From positions 231,164-295,163 of the forward strand of contig JAUQPU010000002.1 in the NCBI GenBank assembly GCA_030550235.1: a stretch of 64,000 bases of DNA, given 5' to 3'. The position numbers were made by a program, and so were the translations under genes. This DNA comes from Thermoproteota archaeon (lineage in GTDB: Archaea > Thermoproteota > Nitrososphaeria_A > Caldarchaeales > Calditenuaceae). Below are positions 49,956-59,268 of this stretch, piece after piece. The stretch's first letter is position 1, and each line of letters begins with the position of its first letter. The notes beneath the pieces were generated by a model. The model worked only from the letters and a program-made list of their open reading frames with translations, had not been told where the DNA came from and did no database searches.

Positions 49956-50967
49956 GGAAATGGGCAGCCTATTTAAAGTTGGATTTTTAGGGGTAGCGCA
50001 TTTCCACGCTGACAGCTACGCGAGAGCACTTAGAAAACTGCCAGACACTGAGATAGTAGGTGCCTTTGATGACGACACATCCCTTGGTAAGAAATTCTGT
50101 GAGGACTTCAAGACAGAATACTACAGAAGCGCCTCGCAGCTACTCGATAAAGAATTGGATGCAGTCATAATAACATCTGAGAACTTTAAACACTATGAAT
50201 GCATAATACAGGCCTTGGATAAGGGCTTAAACATTCTGTGCGAAAAACCCATGACCACAAATCTGCGCGACGCTGAAGATGTAGTGGCTCGGGTAGAGAA
50301 ACAGAAGGTTGTGTTTCAGATGTGCTATGTCATGAGATATCATACAGTATCCTCGCTTGTAAAAGAGCTCATAGACTCGGGGGGCGTTGGAAAGCTGATC
50401 TCACTAGTTGGCACGAATAAGCTTAACAGGTCTCTACCCCTGCTTAGGAGGTGGTTTACTGACCCAAGACTATCTGGGGGCGGCGCTGTGATGGACCACA
50501 CAGTCCATCTAGCTGACCTGATGAGATGGTATACGGGCGATGAGGTGGATGAAGTCTATACCGAGATAGGGAAAAAAGTGAATAACAGCCTCATGGTGGA
50601 GGACAACTTCTTCACAACTATTCGTTTTAGGGGGGATGTGATAGGACACATTGACGGGAGTTGGACATATGCCTCAGGCCTCTATACGTGGGGTGACGTG
50701 AGGATGGAGATTGTGGGTACCGACGGCGCCTTATTCATGGACGCTTTTCGGCAAAACGTGTACTATATAGGAGACAGGCAGCCAAACGATAAATTATCCT
50801 GGAGCTACTATGGGTGCGATCCTGACCTAGCAATGATAACGGATTTTAAGAAGTGTGTACAGGAGAATAAACAGCCCAGAGCAACTGTAAAAGACGGCTA
50901 CGAGGGCGTTAGGATCTCACTCGCCAGCTATGAATCCAGCAGACGCGGGGCCCCTGTAAAGCCTTAA
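49933..50967 (+). CDS. Gfo/Idh/MocA-family oxidoreductase (paralog 2)
   Basis: VGFLGVAHFHADSYA Rossmann and ILCEKPMT. Confidence 0.8.
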   Translation: MSYHSWGEEMGSLFKVGFLGVAHFHADSYARALRKLPDTEIVGAFDDDTSLGKKFCEDFKTEYYRSASQLLDKELDAVIITSENFKHYECIIQALDKGLNILCEKPMTTNLRDAEDVVARVEKQKVVFQMCYVMRYHTVSSLVKELIDSGGVGKLISLVGTNKLNRSLPLLRRWFTDPRLSGGGAVMDHTVHLADLMRWYTGDEVDEVYTEIGKKVNNSLMVEDNFFTTIRFRGDVIGHIDGSWTYASGLYTWGDVRMEIVGTDGALFMDAFRQNVYYIGDRQPNDKLSWSYYGCDPDLAMITDFKKCVQENKQPRATVKDGYEGVRISLASYESSRRGAPVKP

Positions 50968-51025
50968 CTAGGCTCAAAAACCCTAACGAATGAGACAATA
51001 GACGTTCCCCAGCCTAGCCCCATGG

Positions 51026-51790
51026 CTATTTTGTTACGCGACTTATCTCTTCCGTAAGTGCGTTCACGAATAAGTTGAAAAGTTTCTCTCCCTTCTCCCT
51101 ACTTGCGAGTGTAGCATCTCCACATACGCCCGTCTTAAAATCACGACCAAGGAATCTCGAAGTAGTCAATATTCTAATGGCCTCGTTAAAGTTAGCAGTG
51201 GTCATGCCGCGGGGGATGAAATCCGGCACCTCCTTGACAGCCTTGCTCATATCCACTAGGTCAGGCCTCAGGAAGAGCATTAAACTCGTCTCCAACTCCT
51301 CCGCATGTATGAATATCTCCTCCTCAAGAATAGATGATAGAGTCTCCATACTAACTACCGTATATGGTGAGATATTATGTACTGTCATGCCGTGTAGATC
51401 ATGTGATGTATTAAGCCACTGTGTAACTGCAAACAAGTGGTAGATATGCCCAGCGTGCCCGGAAACAAGCACGAGGTGTTTAACACCATATTTTGAGACG
51501 CCCACCGCTATATCTCTGACCAATCTAACCAATGTTGATGGTCTAAGTGATATTGTACCCACCATTGGCAAATGGTCGTCTGAATAACCATAAGGTATGA
51601 GTGGTAAGACAGCAGCGTTTATCCTCTTAGCAACTTCCTTACAAAGCTCCCAAGCTATTATATGGTCAGTTCCGAGGGGTAGGTGTGGACCATGTTGCTC
51701 AGTACTACCAATGGGAAGCAAAGCAACCTTAGTCTGCTTGGTCAGCTCTGATAACTGCGTTGTAGATTTTTCAGCCCATAGCAGGGTCAT
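51026..51790 (-). CDS. creatininase-family amidohydrolase
   Basis: LLPIGSTEQHGPHLPLGTD and VLVSGHAGH metal-binding motifs. Length 254 aa. Confidence 0.75.
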   Translation of the reverse strand: MTLLWAEKSTTQLSELTKQTKVALLPIGSTEQHGPHLPLGTDHIIAWELCKEVAKRINAAVLPLIPYGYSDDHLPMVGTISLRPSTLVRLVRDIAVGVSKYGVKHLVLVSGHAGHIYHLFAVTQWLNTSHDLHGMTVHNISPYTVVSMETLSSILEEEIFIHAEELETSLMLFLRPDLVDMSKAVKEVPDFIPRGMTTANFNEAIRILTTSRFLGRDFKTGVCGDATLASREKGEKLFNLFVNALTEEISRVTK

Positions 51791-51918
51791 GCCTCTATCA
51801 AGCGTGCGAGTTATTTAAAAATTTTAGAAACATTGAAAGAAGAGCTCCATATCGCTCTTATTACCAACTTTGGCTAAATTTTTAAATACACCTCACTGAC
51901 CACACTTTTTGACGATAT

Positions 51919-53013
51919 ATGTCACGAAAATTGGGTGTATTAGTTCACGGCGCGGGCTGGGTCTCTACACAGCACATAGAAGCATATAAAAACAATCCAC
52001 ATACACGAGTAGTGGCTATCTCGAGTAGAAGGCTAGAGAGTGCTAGAAAGAGAGCAGAGGAGGCGGGTCTTCACGACGTCAAACTATATGACGATTATCA
52101 TAAGGCACTTGAAAATCCTGATGTTGATATAGTGTCTATTTGTACTCCCCAGCATCTCCATGCTCAAAACACCATAGATGCCGCAAAAGCCGGTAAGCAT
52201 ATGTTGATTGAGAAGCCGATAGCCAACTCGGTGGAGGAGATGAAAGCAATGAGAGATGCGGTCCGTAAAGCTAAAGTGAAGACGGTGGTTAGCTTTGTTT
52301 TAAGATGGAACCCATTATTTGAGGCGATAAAGATTCTGATATCGAGTGGATTCTTGGGGAAGATATACTACGTAGAAACCGACTATCAGAGTGCTATTGC
52401 TGCGTGGTGGTCTGGATATGAAGATGCACGAAAGAAAGAAACGGGGGTGAGCGCGTTCCTAGTTGGCGGCTGTCATGCCATAGATGCTATGAGGTGGTTT
52501 GCTAGTGAGGAGAGGTATGGAGCAGCAAAACCTATCGAGGTTTTCGCATACTCAGGAGGGCTTAGAAAAGGGAAGATAAGACAATGGAACTACTATAAAC
52601 AGAGATGGGAGGATATGCCACCCCTCGAATATGATGACCTGGAGGTCGCATTAGTAAAGTTCGATAATGGTGTTATTGGTAAAGTCTCGGTCAACTTCGG
52701 CGGTGTCCAACCGTACACATTCCCAATCGAGATATTTGGCGATCACGGCACTATAAAGGATAACAGGCTATGGTCAGCGAAGTTTGAGGGCAACCAGAAG
52801 GGGTGGATAACAATCCCCACAATATTGCCAGATAGCGCCGAGGTGACCCATCATCCATTCCAGCAAGAAATCGACCACTTTGTAGACTGCATCCTGAACG
52901 ATAGGGAGTCTCACTGTAATCTGGAGGACGCCATCAGAACGCATGAGGTAGCATTTGCGGCCCTTAAATGTTATGAGACTGGGAGGCCAGTTAGGCTGCC
53001 GCTGCTTGAGTAA
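51919..53013 (+). CDS. Gfo/Idh/MocA-family oxidoreductase (paralog 3)
   Basis: LVHGAGWVSTQH Rossmann and LIEKPIA. Confidence 0.8.
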   Translation: MSRKLGVLVHGAGWVSTQHIEAYKNNPHTRVVAISSRRLESARKRAEEAGLHDVKLYDDYHKALENPDVDIVSICTPQHLHAQNTIDAAKAGKHMLIEKPIANSVEEMKAMRDAVRKAKVKTVVSFVLRWNPLFEAIKILISSGFLGKIYYVETDYQSAIAAWWSGYEDARKKETGVSAFLVGGCHAIDAMRWFASEERYGAAKPIEVFAYSGGLRKGKIRQWNYYKQRWEDMPPLEYDDLEVALVKFDNGVIGKVSVNFGGVQPYTFPIEIFGDHGTIKDNRLWSAKFEGNQKGWITIPTILPDSAEVTHHPFQQEIDHFVDCILNDRESHCNLEDAIRTHEVAFAALKCYETGRPVRLPLLE

Positions 53014-53052
53014 ATATTTATATGATGTGAAAAGATAGCAAGTGTTGCAACT

Positions 53053-54144
53053 ATGGCTAAGCTTGAACTTGTCGGCCTCTATAAGAGATTTGGCGCTCAG
53101 GAGGCAGTTAAGAACCTCACACTAGTTGTTGAAGATGGGAAGATGGCTTGTCTACTAGGCCCCTCGGGCTGTGGGAAGACCACCACTTTAAGAATGGTGG
53201 CTGGCCTCGAGAAGCCTGATTCTGGAGACATCTACATCGGGGGTAAGAGAGTTAACGACCTCCCCCCATACGAGCGCAACATATCCATGGTATTCCAATT
53301 CTATGCTATCTATCCTGGAATGACAGTTTATGATAACCTGGCATTCCCCCTGAAGCAGAAAAAGATCCCGAAGGATGAGATAGATAGGCGTGTGAAAGAG
53401 ATTGCAGAAATATTGAGGATTAACCATATTCTAAAGGAGGATGCGATAAGGCTGCCTGCCGGAGAAAAACAGAGAATCGCTCTGGGAAGGGCCCTGATCA
53501 AGGAGCCTGAAATACTCCTACTTGACGAGCCTTTAACGAACCTTGATGCGCGGCTTAGGGCCGTTATGCGTAAAGAAATTAAGAGATTGCACCTCAAGCT
53601 GAAGACCACCACCTTATACGTCACCCACGACCAAATCGAGGCGATGACTATGGCGGACGTGATAGGAGTGATGAATCTAGGAGTATTGCAGCAATATGGT
53701 CCACCGCACGAGCTATATAACAAGCCCGCCAACATGTTTGTCGCAGGTTTCTTGGGAACCCCTCCTATGAACTTTCTGGACTTCTCCTATATAGTAAATG
53801 GAAAGAAATATTTTGATTTTGGCGAATTCAAGATCACGGACCCAGAGCTGTTAAACATGCTCCCATCTACGCTTGAGTCAAACGAGCTAGTACTAGGGAT
53901 AAGGCCTAAAGATGTCATAATCAGTTTTAACACTGAAGAATCCGACTCATACGGCTGGGAGATAAAGGTTGTGGAGCCTGTCGGGGACAAATATATCGTC
54001 TTTATGAGTCTTGGAGATAAATCCATAAGAGTGGTGGTCCCGGCGATAGAGCGGGGAATCGAAGTGGGAAAGAAGGTGGGCATAAGATTCAGGAAGGAGA
54101 CCATCCACATATTCGACAGGAAGACGGGAAATGCTATATTATAG
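53053..54144 (+). CDS. sugar ABC transporter ATP-binding protein (MalK/UgpC-type with C-terminal TOBE domain), NBD 1
   Basis: Walker A GPSGCGKTT, Walker B LLLDEPLTNLD, H-loop YVTHDQ. The signature is degenerate (LPAGEKQR in place of LSGGQ). Confidence 0.85.
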   Translation: MAKLELVGLYKRFGAQEAVKNLTLVVEDGKMACLLGPSGCGKTTTLRMVAGLEKPDSGDIYIGGKRVNDLPPYERNISMVFQFYAIYPGMTVYDNLAFPLKQKKIPKDEIDRRVKEIAEILRINHILKEDAIRLPAGEKQRIALGRALIKEPEILLLDEPLTNLDARLRAVMRKEIKRLHLKLKTTTLYVTHDQIEAMTMADVIGVMNLGVLQQYGPPHELYNKPANMFVAGFLGTPPMNFLDFSYIVNGKKYFDFGEFKITDPELLNMLPSTLESNELVLGIRPKDVIISFNTEESDSYGWEIKVVEPVGDKYIVFMSLGDKSIRVVVPAIERGIEVGKKVGIRFRKETIHIFDRKTGNAIL

Positions 54145-54165
54145 AATGATAGAGGGTATGGCGTT

Positions 54166-55254
54166 ATGGTAAGTGTCAGGTTGGAAAACGTCACTAAAAT
54201 AGTAGGGGGTAGACCGCTAGTTGACGACCTAACGCTCGACATAAAATCGGGTGAGCTCGTCGCCCTTTTCGGACCGCCGGGCTCAGGCAAGACTACAGTC
54301 CTTAGATTAATAGCTGGACTTGACACAGTCACTAGTGGAAAAATCTACATTGATGAACAGCTGGTCAACGATCTCAGCCCTGCCAGGAGGGAGGTGGGGA
54401 TGGTTTTCCAGAGCTTTGCATTATACCCTACCTACACGGTTTTCGACAACTTGGCATTCCCTCTAAGAAAGAAAGGGCTATCCCAGTCAGAGATAAAGAA
54501 TAGGGTAGAGGGTGTAGCTCAAAAGCTTGGCATAAGTCACCTACTGCAGAAGAAGCCTGCATTTCTAAGTGGCGGAGAGAAGCAGAGAGTTGCTATTGGT
54601 CGCGCGATAGTAAAGGAGCCGAAAGTCCTTCTAATGGATGAGCCCTTAACAAATCTTGACGCTAAGTTAAGGATACTAGTTAGGACCGAGATTAGAAGGC
54701 TTCAGCAGGAGCTTGGAATAACAACGATAGTAAGCACACCAGATGATCAAGAGGCACTATCTATAGCTGATAAGATAGCAGTCATGCGTCAAGGTAAGCT
54801 CATACAATACGCTGACACGCCCACAATCTATAATAAACCCTCGCACCTCTTCGTAGCCCAGAACATCGGGACCCCCCAGATAAACATAATTGAGGCAAAG
54901 TTGCTGACAGATGGTCAAACACCCCTTCTTGACCTAAAATTCACAAAGGTCAGAATACCTGAGAGTAGTCTAAACCTGAAGGAATATGTTGGAAAAGACG
55001 TTCTCGTCGGATTGAGACCGAGCGAGATAAGAGTGAGTAAGAATCCCTTGGGAGTCGAGCAGGTTAAGGTTAGAGTAGAGTTTATAGAACCTCTGGGGGC
55101 CGAATCTATTGTAACCCTATCAGCTGGGGAAGAGAGCTTAACAGCTGTAGTTCCCCCTGGCACACCCTTAGAGATTGGAGAAGAAGCCTATATGGAACTT
55201 GAAGGTGCTACTTTACACGTCTTCGACAAAGAGTCGGGCTTAGCCATAGTCTAG
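54166..55254 (+). CDS. second MalK-type ABC ATP-binding protein, NBD 2, with degenerate H-loop
   Basis: Walker A GPPGSGKTT, signature LSGGEKQR, Walker B LLMDEPLTNLD. The H-loop position reads VSTPDDQ, lacking the histidine. Confidence 0.8.
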   Translation: MVSVRLENVTKIVGGRPLVDDLTLDIKSGELVALFGPPGSGKTTVLRLIAGLDTVTSGKIYIDEQLVNDLSPARREVGMVFQSFALYPTYTVFDNLAFPLRKKGLSQSEIKNRVEGVAQKLGISHLLQKKPAFLSGGEKQRVAIGRAIVKEPKVLLMDEPLTNLDAKLRILVRTEIRRLQQELGITTIVSTPDDQEALSIADKIAVMRQGKLIQYADTPTIYNKPSHLFVAQNIGTPQINIIEAKLLTDGQTPLLDLKFTKVRIPESSLNLKEYVGKDVLVGLRPSEIRVSKNPLGVEQVKVRVEFIEPLGAESIVTLSAGEESLTAVVPPGTPLEIGEEAYMELEGATLHVFDKESGLAIV

Positions 55255-55297
55255 ACTCAAAAAATTATTAGATAAATTTATGGTTTTAGATGCTGTA

Positions 55298-56188
55298 TTA
55301 CTTTACCGCCCCAGCTACCAATCCGCTTATGAGGTATCTACGGAATATGGCGATCACGACTAGCGCGGGTAGCATTGCCACGACGCCACCCGCCATCAAT
55401 ATTCCTACGGGCTTGTATGGCTGGGCGGCCATGAAGCCGACGATTACAGGCATAGTCCTTGAGAGCTGCGTCTGAGTCACCATAAAGGCGAAGAAGAACT
55501 CACCCCAAGAGACCATAAACGATATAATACCGACCGCGACGATTCCAGGAGTGATAACAGGCAAAACAACTCTAAACAACGTCTCAAAACGCCCATATCC
55601 ATCAACTCTAGCAGCATCCTCAATATCAGCAGGGACAGTACTCAGATATGTGTTCAATATCCATATGTTTAATGGAATAGTGAAGGCGGCGTGAACCAGT
55701 ATGACAGCGATAAGAGTATCGTAGAGCTTTAAACCGAAGAAGTTTTGTATTATAATATAGTAAGGTACCACGATTGCAACCGGAGGAATTAGACGACCAG
55801 CAATAGACATGTAGAAGAGGAGTTGGCTTCCGGGGAACCGTATCCTGGTGTATGCATATGATGCGAGTGTTGCTGCAAACACGTTTATCGCTATAACCAC
55901 GAGGCCTATTATCACACTATTCGCTAAAGCGTTTGGAAACCATCTCGCAACGGCGGGTAGGAAGGTGAGCCTACCGCTCTCTTGTAATCTAGCTTCAATT
56001 GCACTGCTTGTATCGAATATGAACCAGTAATTGAAGTAGACGGGATTGTGGGGGATAATTGTAGGTGGCGCTGAATGTATCTCAGGCTCCGACTGCAGAC
56101 TTAAGTCAAGCATCCAAAGTATCGGCAATAATACCCAGCAGGCAACGACTATCGAGGCGAGCAGGATGCCGATTTTCTTTCTATCCAT
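55298..56188 (-). CDS. carbohydrate ABC transporter permease (MalG/UgpE-like)
   Basis: Six TM helices and EAA-type loop DIEDAARVDGYGRFETLFRVVLP. Confidence 0.8.
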   Translation of the reverse strand: MDRKKIGILLASIVVACWVLLPILWMLDLSLQSEPEIHSAPPTIIPHNPVYFNYWFIFDTSSAIEARLQESGRLTFLPAVARWFPNALANSVIIGLVVIAINVFAATLASYAYTRIRFPGSQLLFYMSIAGRLIPPVAIVVPYYIIIQNFFGLKLYDTLIAVILVHAAFTIPLNIWILNTYLSTVPADIEDAARVDGYGRFETLFRVVLPVITPGIVAVGIISFMVSWGEFFFAFMVTQTQLSRTMPVIVGFMAAQPYKPVGILMAGGVVAMLPALVVIAIFRRYLISGLVAGAVK

Positions 56189-56205
56189 AACTTTGAATCA
56201 CCCCC

Positions 56206-57093
56206 CTAAGCCCTCAGCCTCAACCTACCTATCCTCAGCGCCCTGAAATAGGCTATAATCAGCCCTATACTCACAAGAACGACCATAAACGATAATGCAG
56301 AGGCCCTGCCGAAGTTTAGGAATGTGAACATCTCGCTGAACGTGTAATATGATATCACCGCTGTGAAGTTTCCAGGACCACCTGCGGTAATTACATACAC
56401 TATATCGAATGTCCAGAGGGCCATTAGGGTGGTATAAACCGCCACGATGAGCATGAACGGTTTAAGCCAGGTGAATGTTATCGACTTAAACCTTGACCAT
56501 TCCCTTGCACCATCTATTAATGCGGCTTCGTAGAGCTCCTGAGGAATTGACTGTATACCAGCTAGGAAGAGGAGCGTGGGTAGCGGCAGCTGAACCCAGA
56601 GAAACGCCAATACTAGGATCAGCATCGCAGGCCACTTTAGGCTGAGCCACGGTATGTAGGAGTCGATAACGCCTAGCCCCTTTAATGCGGCGTTGAAGAT
56701 TCCGTAGTTTGCGTCGAAAATCCACTTCCACACGGCTGAACTTACAACTAGTGGTATTGCCCATGGGACTAGGACTAGCCATTGCAGGAATCCTACGCCT
56801 CTAAACTTCTGGGAAAGGAGGAGAGCTAAGCCAAGCGAGATTAATACTGTTAAAGGAACAGATATCACTGCGAAGATGACTGTAGCTAGTACAGAGTCGG
56901 TAAAGTAATAGGAATTGATGACTTGGATGAAGTTGTCGAAGCCTATGAATCTTATCTCTTCAGGATACTTCAGGTCATACCTCTGTGTACTAACATAAAT
57001 TGCATAGCCTATTGGGTAGAATGTAAACGGTAGGACAAATAAGAGTGAGGGTATTAGCGCTAAAATAATAAATCGTATGTCTTCTTTAAGCAA
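56206..57093 (-). CDS. carbohydrate ABC transporter permease (MalF/UgpA-like)
   Basis: EAA loop YEAALIDGAREWSRFKSITFTWLKP. Six TM helices. Confidence 0.8.
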   Translation of the reverse strand: MLKEDIRFIILALIPSLLFVLPFTFYPIGYAIYVSTQRYDLKYPEEIRFIGFDNFIQVINSYYFTDSVLATVIFAVISVPLTVLISLGLALLLSQKFRGVGFLQWLVLVPWAIPLVVSSAVWKWIFDANYGIFNAALKGLGVIDSYIPWLSLKWPAMLILVLAFLWVQLPLPTLLFLAGIQSIPQELYEAALIDGAREWSRFKSITFTWLKPFMLIVAVYTTLMALWTFDIVYVITAGGPGNFTAVISYYTFSEMFTFLNFGRASALSFMVVLVSIGLIIAYFRALRIGRLRLRA

Positions 57094-57119
57094 GCCAGTC
57101 CACCAGGGCTACTCTAAGG

Positions 57120-58724
57120 CTATTTGCCGGTCTTCGACTCTCGCTTCATCCTATTCCATTCTTCAGCCAACCTGTTGAGAACCGCTAAGATGTCATCATC
57201 ACTCAGTCCCCTGTTGCCTAGTATCAGGTCGTGAATTAGTGGCCTCGCAACTCCTGCCTGCCAGTATCCCCACCATTCAGACCACCATGTGGTCATTCTC
57301 GGATCGTTGAAGAAGTCGTATCCCTTAAACAGCACTTGCCTTTTAACCTCTGGATCAACCCAGCTCTTGACCGACTCTCTTATATCGGCGTATTTTGGAT
57401 CCTCCCACATGCTTATATATATTGGGCCTACCCCCTTCTCATTATTTAGTCGTCTACAGACGAAGTACTCGCCGTTTTCAAAGTCTGGCCTCCCATTTTT
57501 AGTCCTACCGCCTACGAATTGCAGTACGCGCCAAGTAGCCTCGAGGGTGTTTCGGCCTTGCTCTAGAGTCTTCCTAGAGACTTGGTAAGTTCTGTAGATT
57601 GTTGAGACGCGGCCGCTGCCGGGTGCCACAGCCATTCTGAGGTTCCCCGCCTCTTTTGAGGGTGGTGTATTAGCAAATGCTAGGTCATAGTCTGGCATCC
57701 AGAAGAATGTGTGGGCGCCTGAGCCAAAGGCGTTAACGGCCTGTGCCTCGTCGTATAGGACGCCCTTGGTTGAGGCTAGCTTCTCCTTGTGTATCATGTC
57801 GAGCTGCCATCTGAGGCTCTGGAACCAGGGAGACTTCTTGTCGTTGAAGATGGGGTTCAAATCCTCATCCCACATGAACGGGCCTTCCTGATCAGTCATA
57901 CCTAGCATGAAGCAGTATGTGCCCACCTCCACAAATCCCCAGCTGCCATACCATATTCCGATTGGGTCGTCATTCACTCCCTTCTGTTTGATTAGTCTAG
58001 CCTGCTCCTCTAGGTCCTCCCAAGTCTTCGGCGGCTCGTCGATTCCAGCCTCCTGTAGATGTCTCGCATTATACATGAAGGCTTGTGCTCCGCCATAATA
58101 GAACAGGCCAGTTACCTTTCCAGTGTCTGGGTTAATGAGACCTTTTCTGAACCCTGGGAATACGTCGTCTAGGTATCTCCTAATCTCTGGGAAGTAATCT
58201 TCCATATCGATGAGCCATCCGTTCTGTTGGTAGATGTATGTGACGTCTGGTGTGCTATAGTGAATGTTGGGTGGGTTGCCTGCAGTGTATGCTGCGCTGA
58301 GCCCTGAGAAGAATGTGTCCAGCCCATAGTCAACTACTTGTAGGTCTATGTCTGGATTATATTGATTAAATATTCTGGCGTTGTCTTGAACTAGCTCTAC
58401 ACCCCAGCTCCATATGCCCCACGTCACAGGTACCTTCTGGCCTACTGGTCCCGTGGTTGTTTGTGCGGTAGTTGTTACTTGTTGGGTAACGGTCTGCGTC
58501 ACTACCCTTGTCACTGTCTGGGGCGTTTGTTGCGCGCCTGAAGACCCGGCCAGATATCCGCCAACAGCGCCGATTACGACTCCTGCCGCGACACCAACAG
58601 CCAGTTTCCCAGCAGATGAGAGGGCTGCACGCCTTGTCACGGTCTTATCTAGTGGATTTCGCAAAAGCACATCTTTTTCATCCTCTTTATGGGGTTTGGT
58701 TTTGGACTTCCTAGTACCTGGCAT
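57120..58724 (-). CDS. extracellular sugar-binding protein (family 1 SBP) with N-terminal TM anchor and Thr-rich linker
   Basis: Anchor LAVGVAAGVVIGAVGGYLAG, a TVTRVVTQTVTQQVTTTAQTTTGP linker, then a ~440-aa SBP-like domain rich in W/Y. Confidence 0.7.
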   Translation of the reverse strand: MPGTRKSKTKPHKEDEKDVLLRNPLDKTVTRRAALSSAGKLAVGVAAGVVIGAVGGYLAGSSGAQQTPQTVTRVVTQTVTQQVTTTAQTTTGPVGQKVPVTWGIWSWGVELVQDNARIFNQYNPDIDLQVVDYGLDTFFSGLSAAYTAGNPPNIHYSTPDVTYIYQQNGWLIDMEDYFPEIRRYLDDVFPGFRKGLINPDTGKVTGLFYYGGAQAFMYNARHLQEAGIDEPPKTWEDLEEQARLIKQKGVNDDPIGIWYGSWGFVEVGTYCFMLGMTDQEGPFMWDEDLNPIFNDKKSPWFQSLRWQLDMIHKEKLASTKGVLYDEAQAVNAFGSGAHTFFWMPDYDLAFANTPPSKEAGNLRMAVAPGSGRVSTIYRTYQVSRKTLEQGRNTLEATWRVLQFVGGRTKNGRPDFENGEYFVCRRLNNEKGVGPIYISMWEDPKYADIRESVKSWVDPEVKRQVLFKGYDFFNDPRMTTWWSEWWGYWQAGVARPLIHDLILGNRGLSDDDILAVLNRLAEEWNRMKRESKTGK

Positions 58725-58748
58725 AGCCCTTTTAGGAGTTCCCCCTTG

Positions 58749-58756
58749 CTTATAAA
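58749..58756 (-). promoter_or_regulatory. TATA box for the sugar ABC operon (SBP-permease-permease)
   Basis: The minus-strand sequence TTTATAAG lies about 27-34 nt upstream of the SBP ATG. A further ATATATAT sits upstream. Confidence 0.35.
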
Positions 58757-59108
58757 TTTTTTAGATATATATCACCCGGCCGACAAAAACTGATAATCTG
58801 ATTGTAGGCGACTATCCATAAACGACGATCTCCACAGGTTAAGTTATAGCCGGTGAGATGTAATCTCGAGCTTGCAGTTCAATCGTCTTAAAATCGGTTT
58901 CCATAACCTCAAAAACCTGTAGAGATTATATAATTTTTAAATAAAATTAAATGTTATAGTGAACTATGTATTACCCACGTGTAATCATATGGATCCAGGG
59001 ACCCTTTTAGCTATCAGTCTAACCGATTTTTAGAGACATAGTGAAATGGCCTCCGAGTCTGTATGTTTTAAGGCAACATCGACTATTCACAATTTACTAG
59101 TAAATTAG

Positions 59109-59219
59109 TGCGGGGGGTGGGATTTGAACCCACGAACCCCTACGGGACAGGGGCTCCCATCTCATTATATTTTGGAGATCCTGAGCCCTGCGCCTTTGAC
59201 CAGGCTTGGCGACCCCCGC
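59109..59219 (-). tRNA. tRNA-Leu(CAG) with an intron in the anticodon loop region; CCA is not encoded
   Basis: The reverse complement gives the acceptor stem GCGGGGG/CCCCCGC with discriminator A, a D-arm GCCAAGCCTGGTCAAAGGC, an anticodon stem CAGGG/CCCTG with loop CTCAGGA (anticodon CAG), a ~26-nt insertion (TCTCCAAAATATAATGAGATGGGAGC), a long variable arm CCCGTAGGGG, and a T-arm GTGGGTTCAAATCCCAC. Confidence 0.85.
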
Positions 59220-59268
59220 TCCTCTGTTTTACCTTAGTCTGGTCTTGGTTTTTTAGTTTTTTTGGGGA

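Noticed and set aside
53787-54332. 181-aa minus-strand ORF spanning the junction of the two MalK genes
   Set aside because: Antisense to both ABC ATPase genes across their Walker A and TOBE regions. No motifs.
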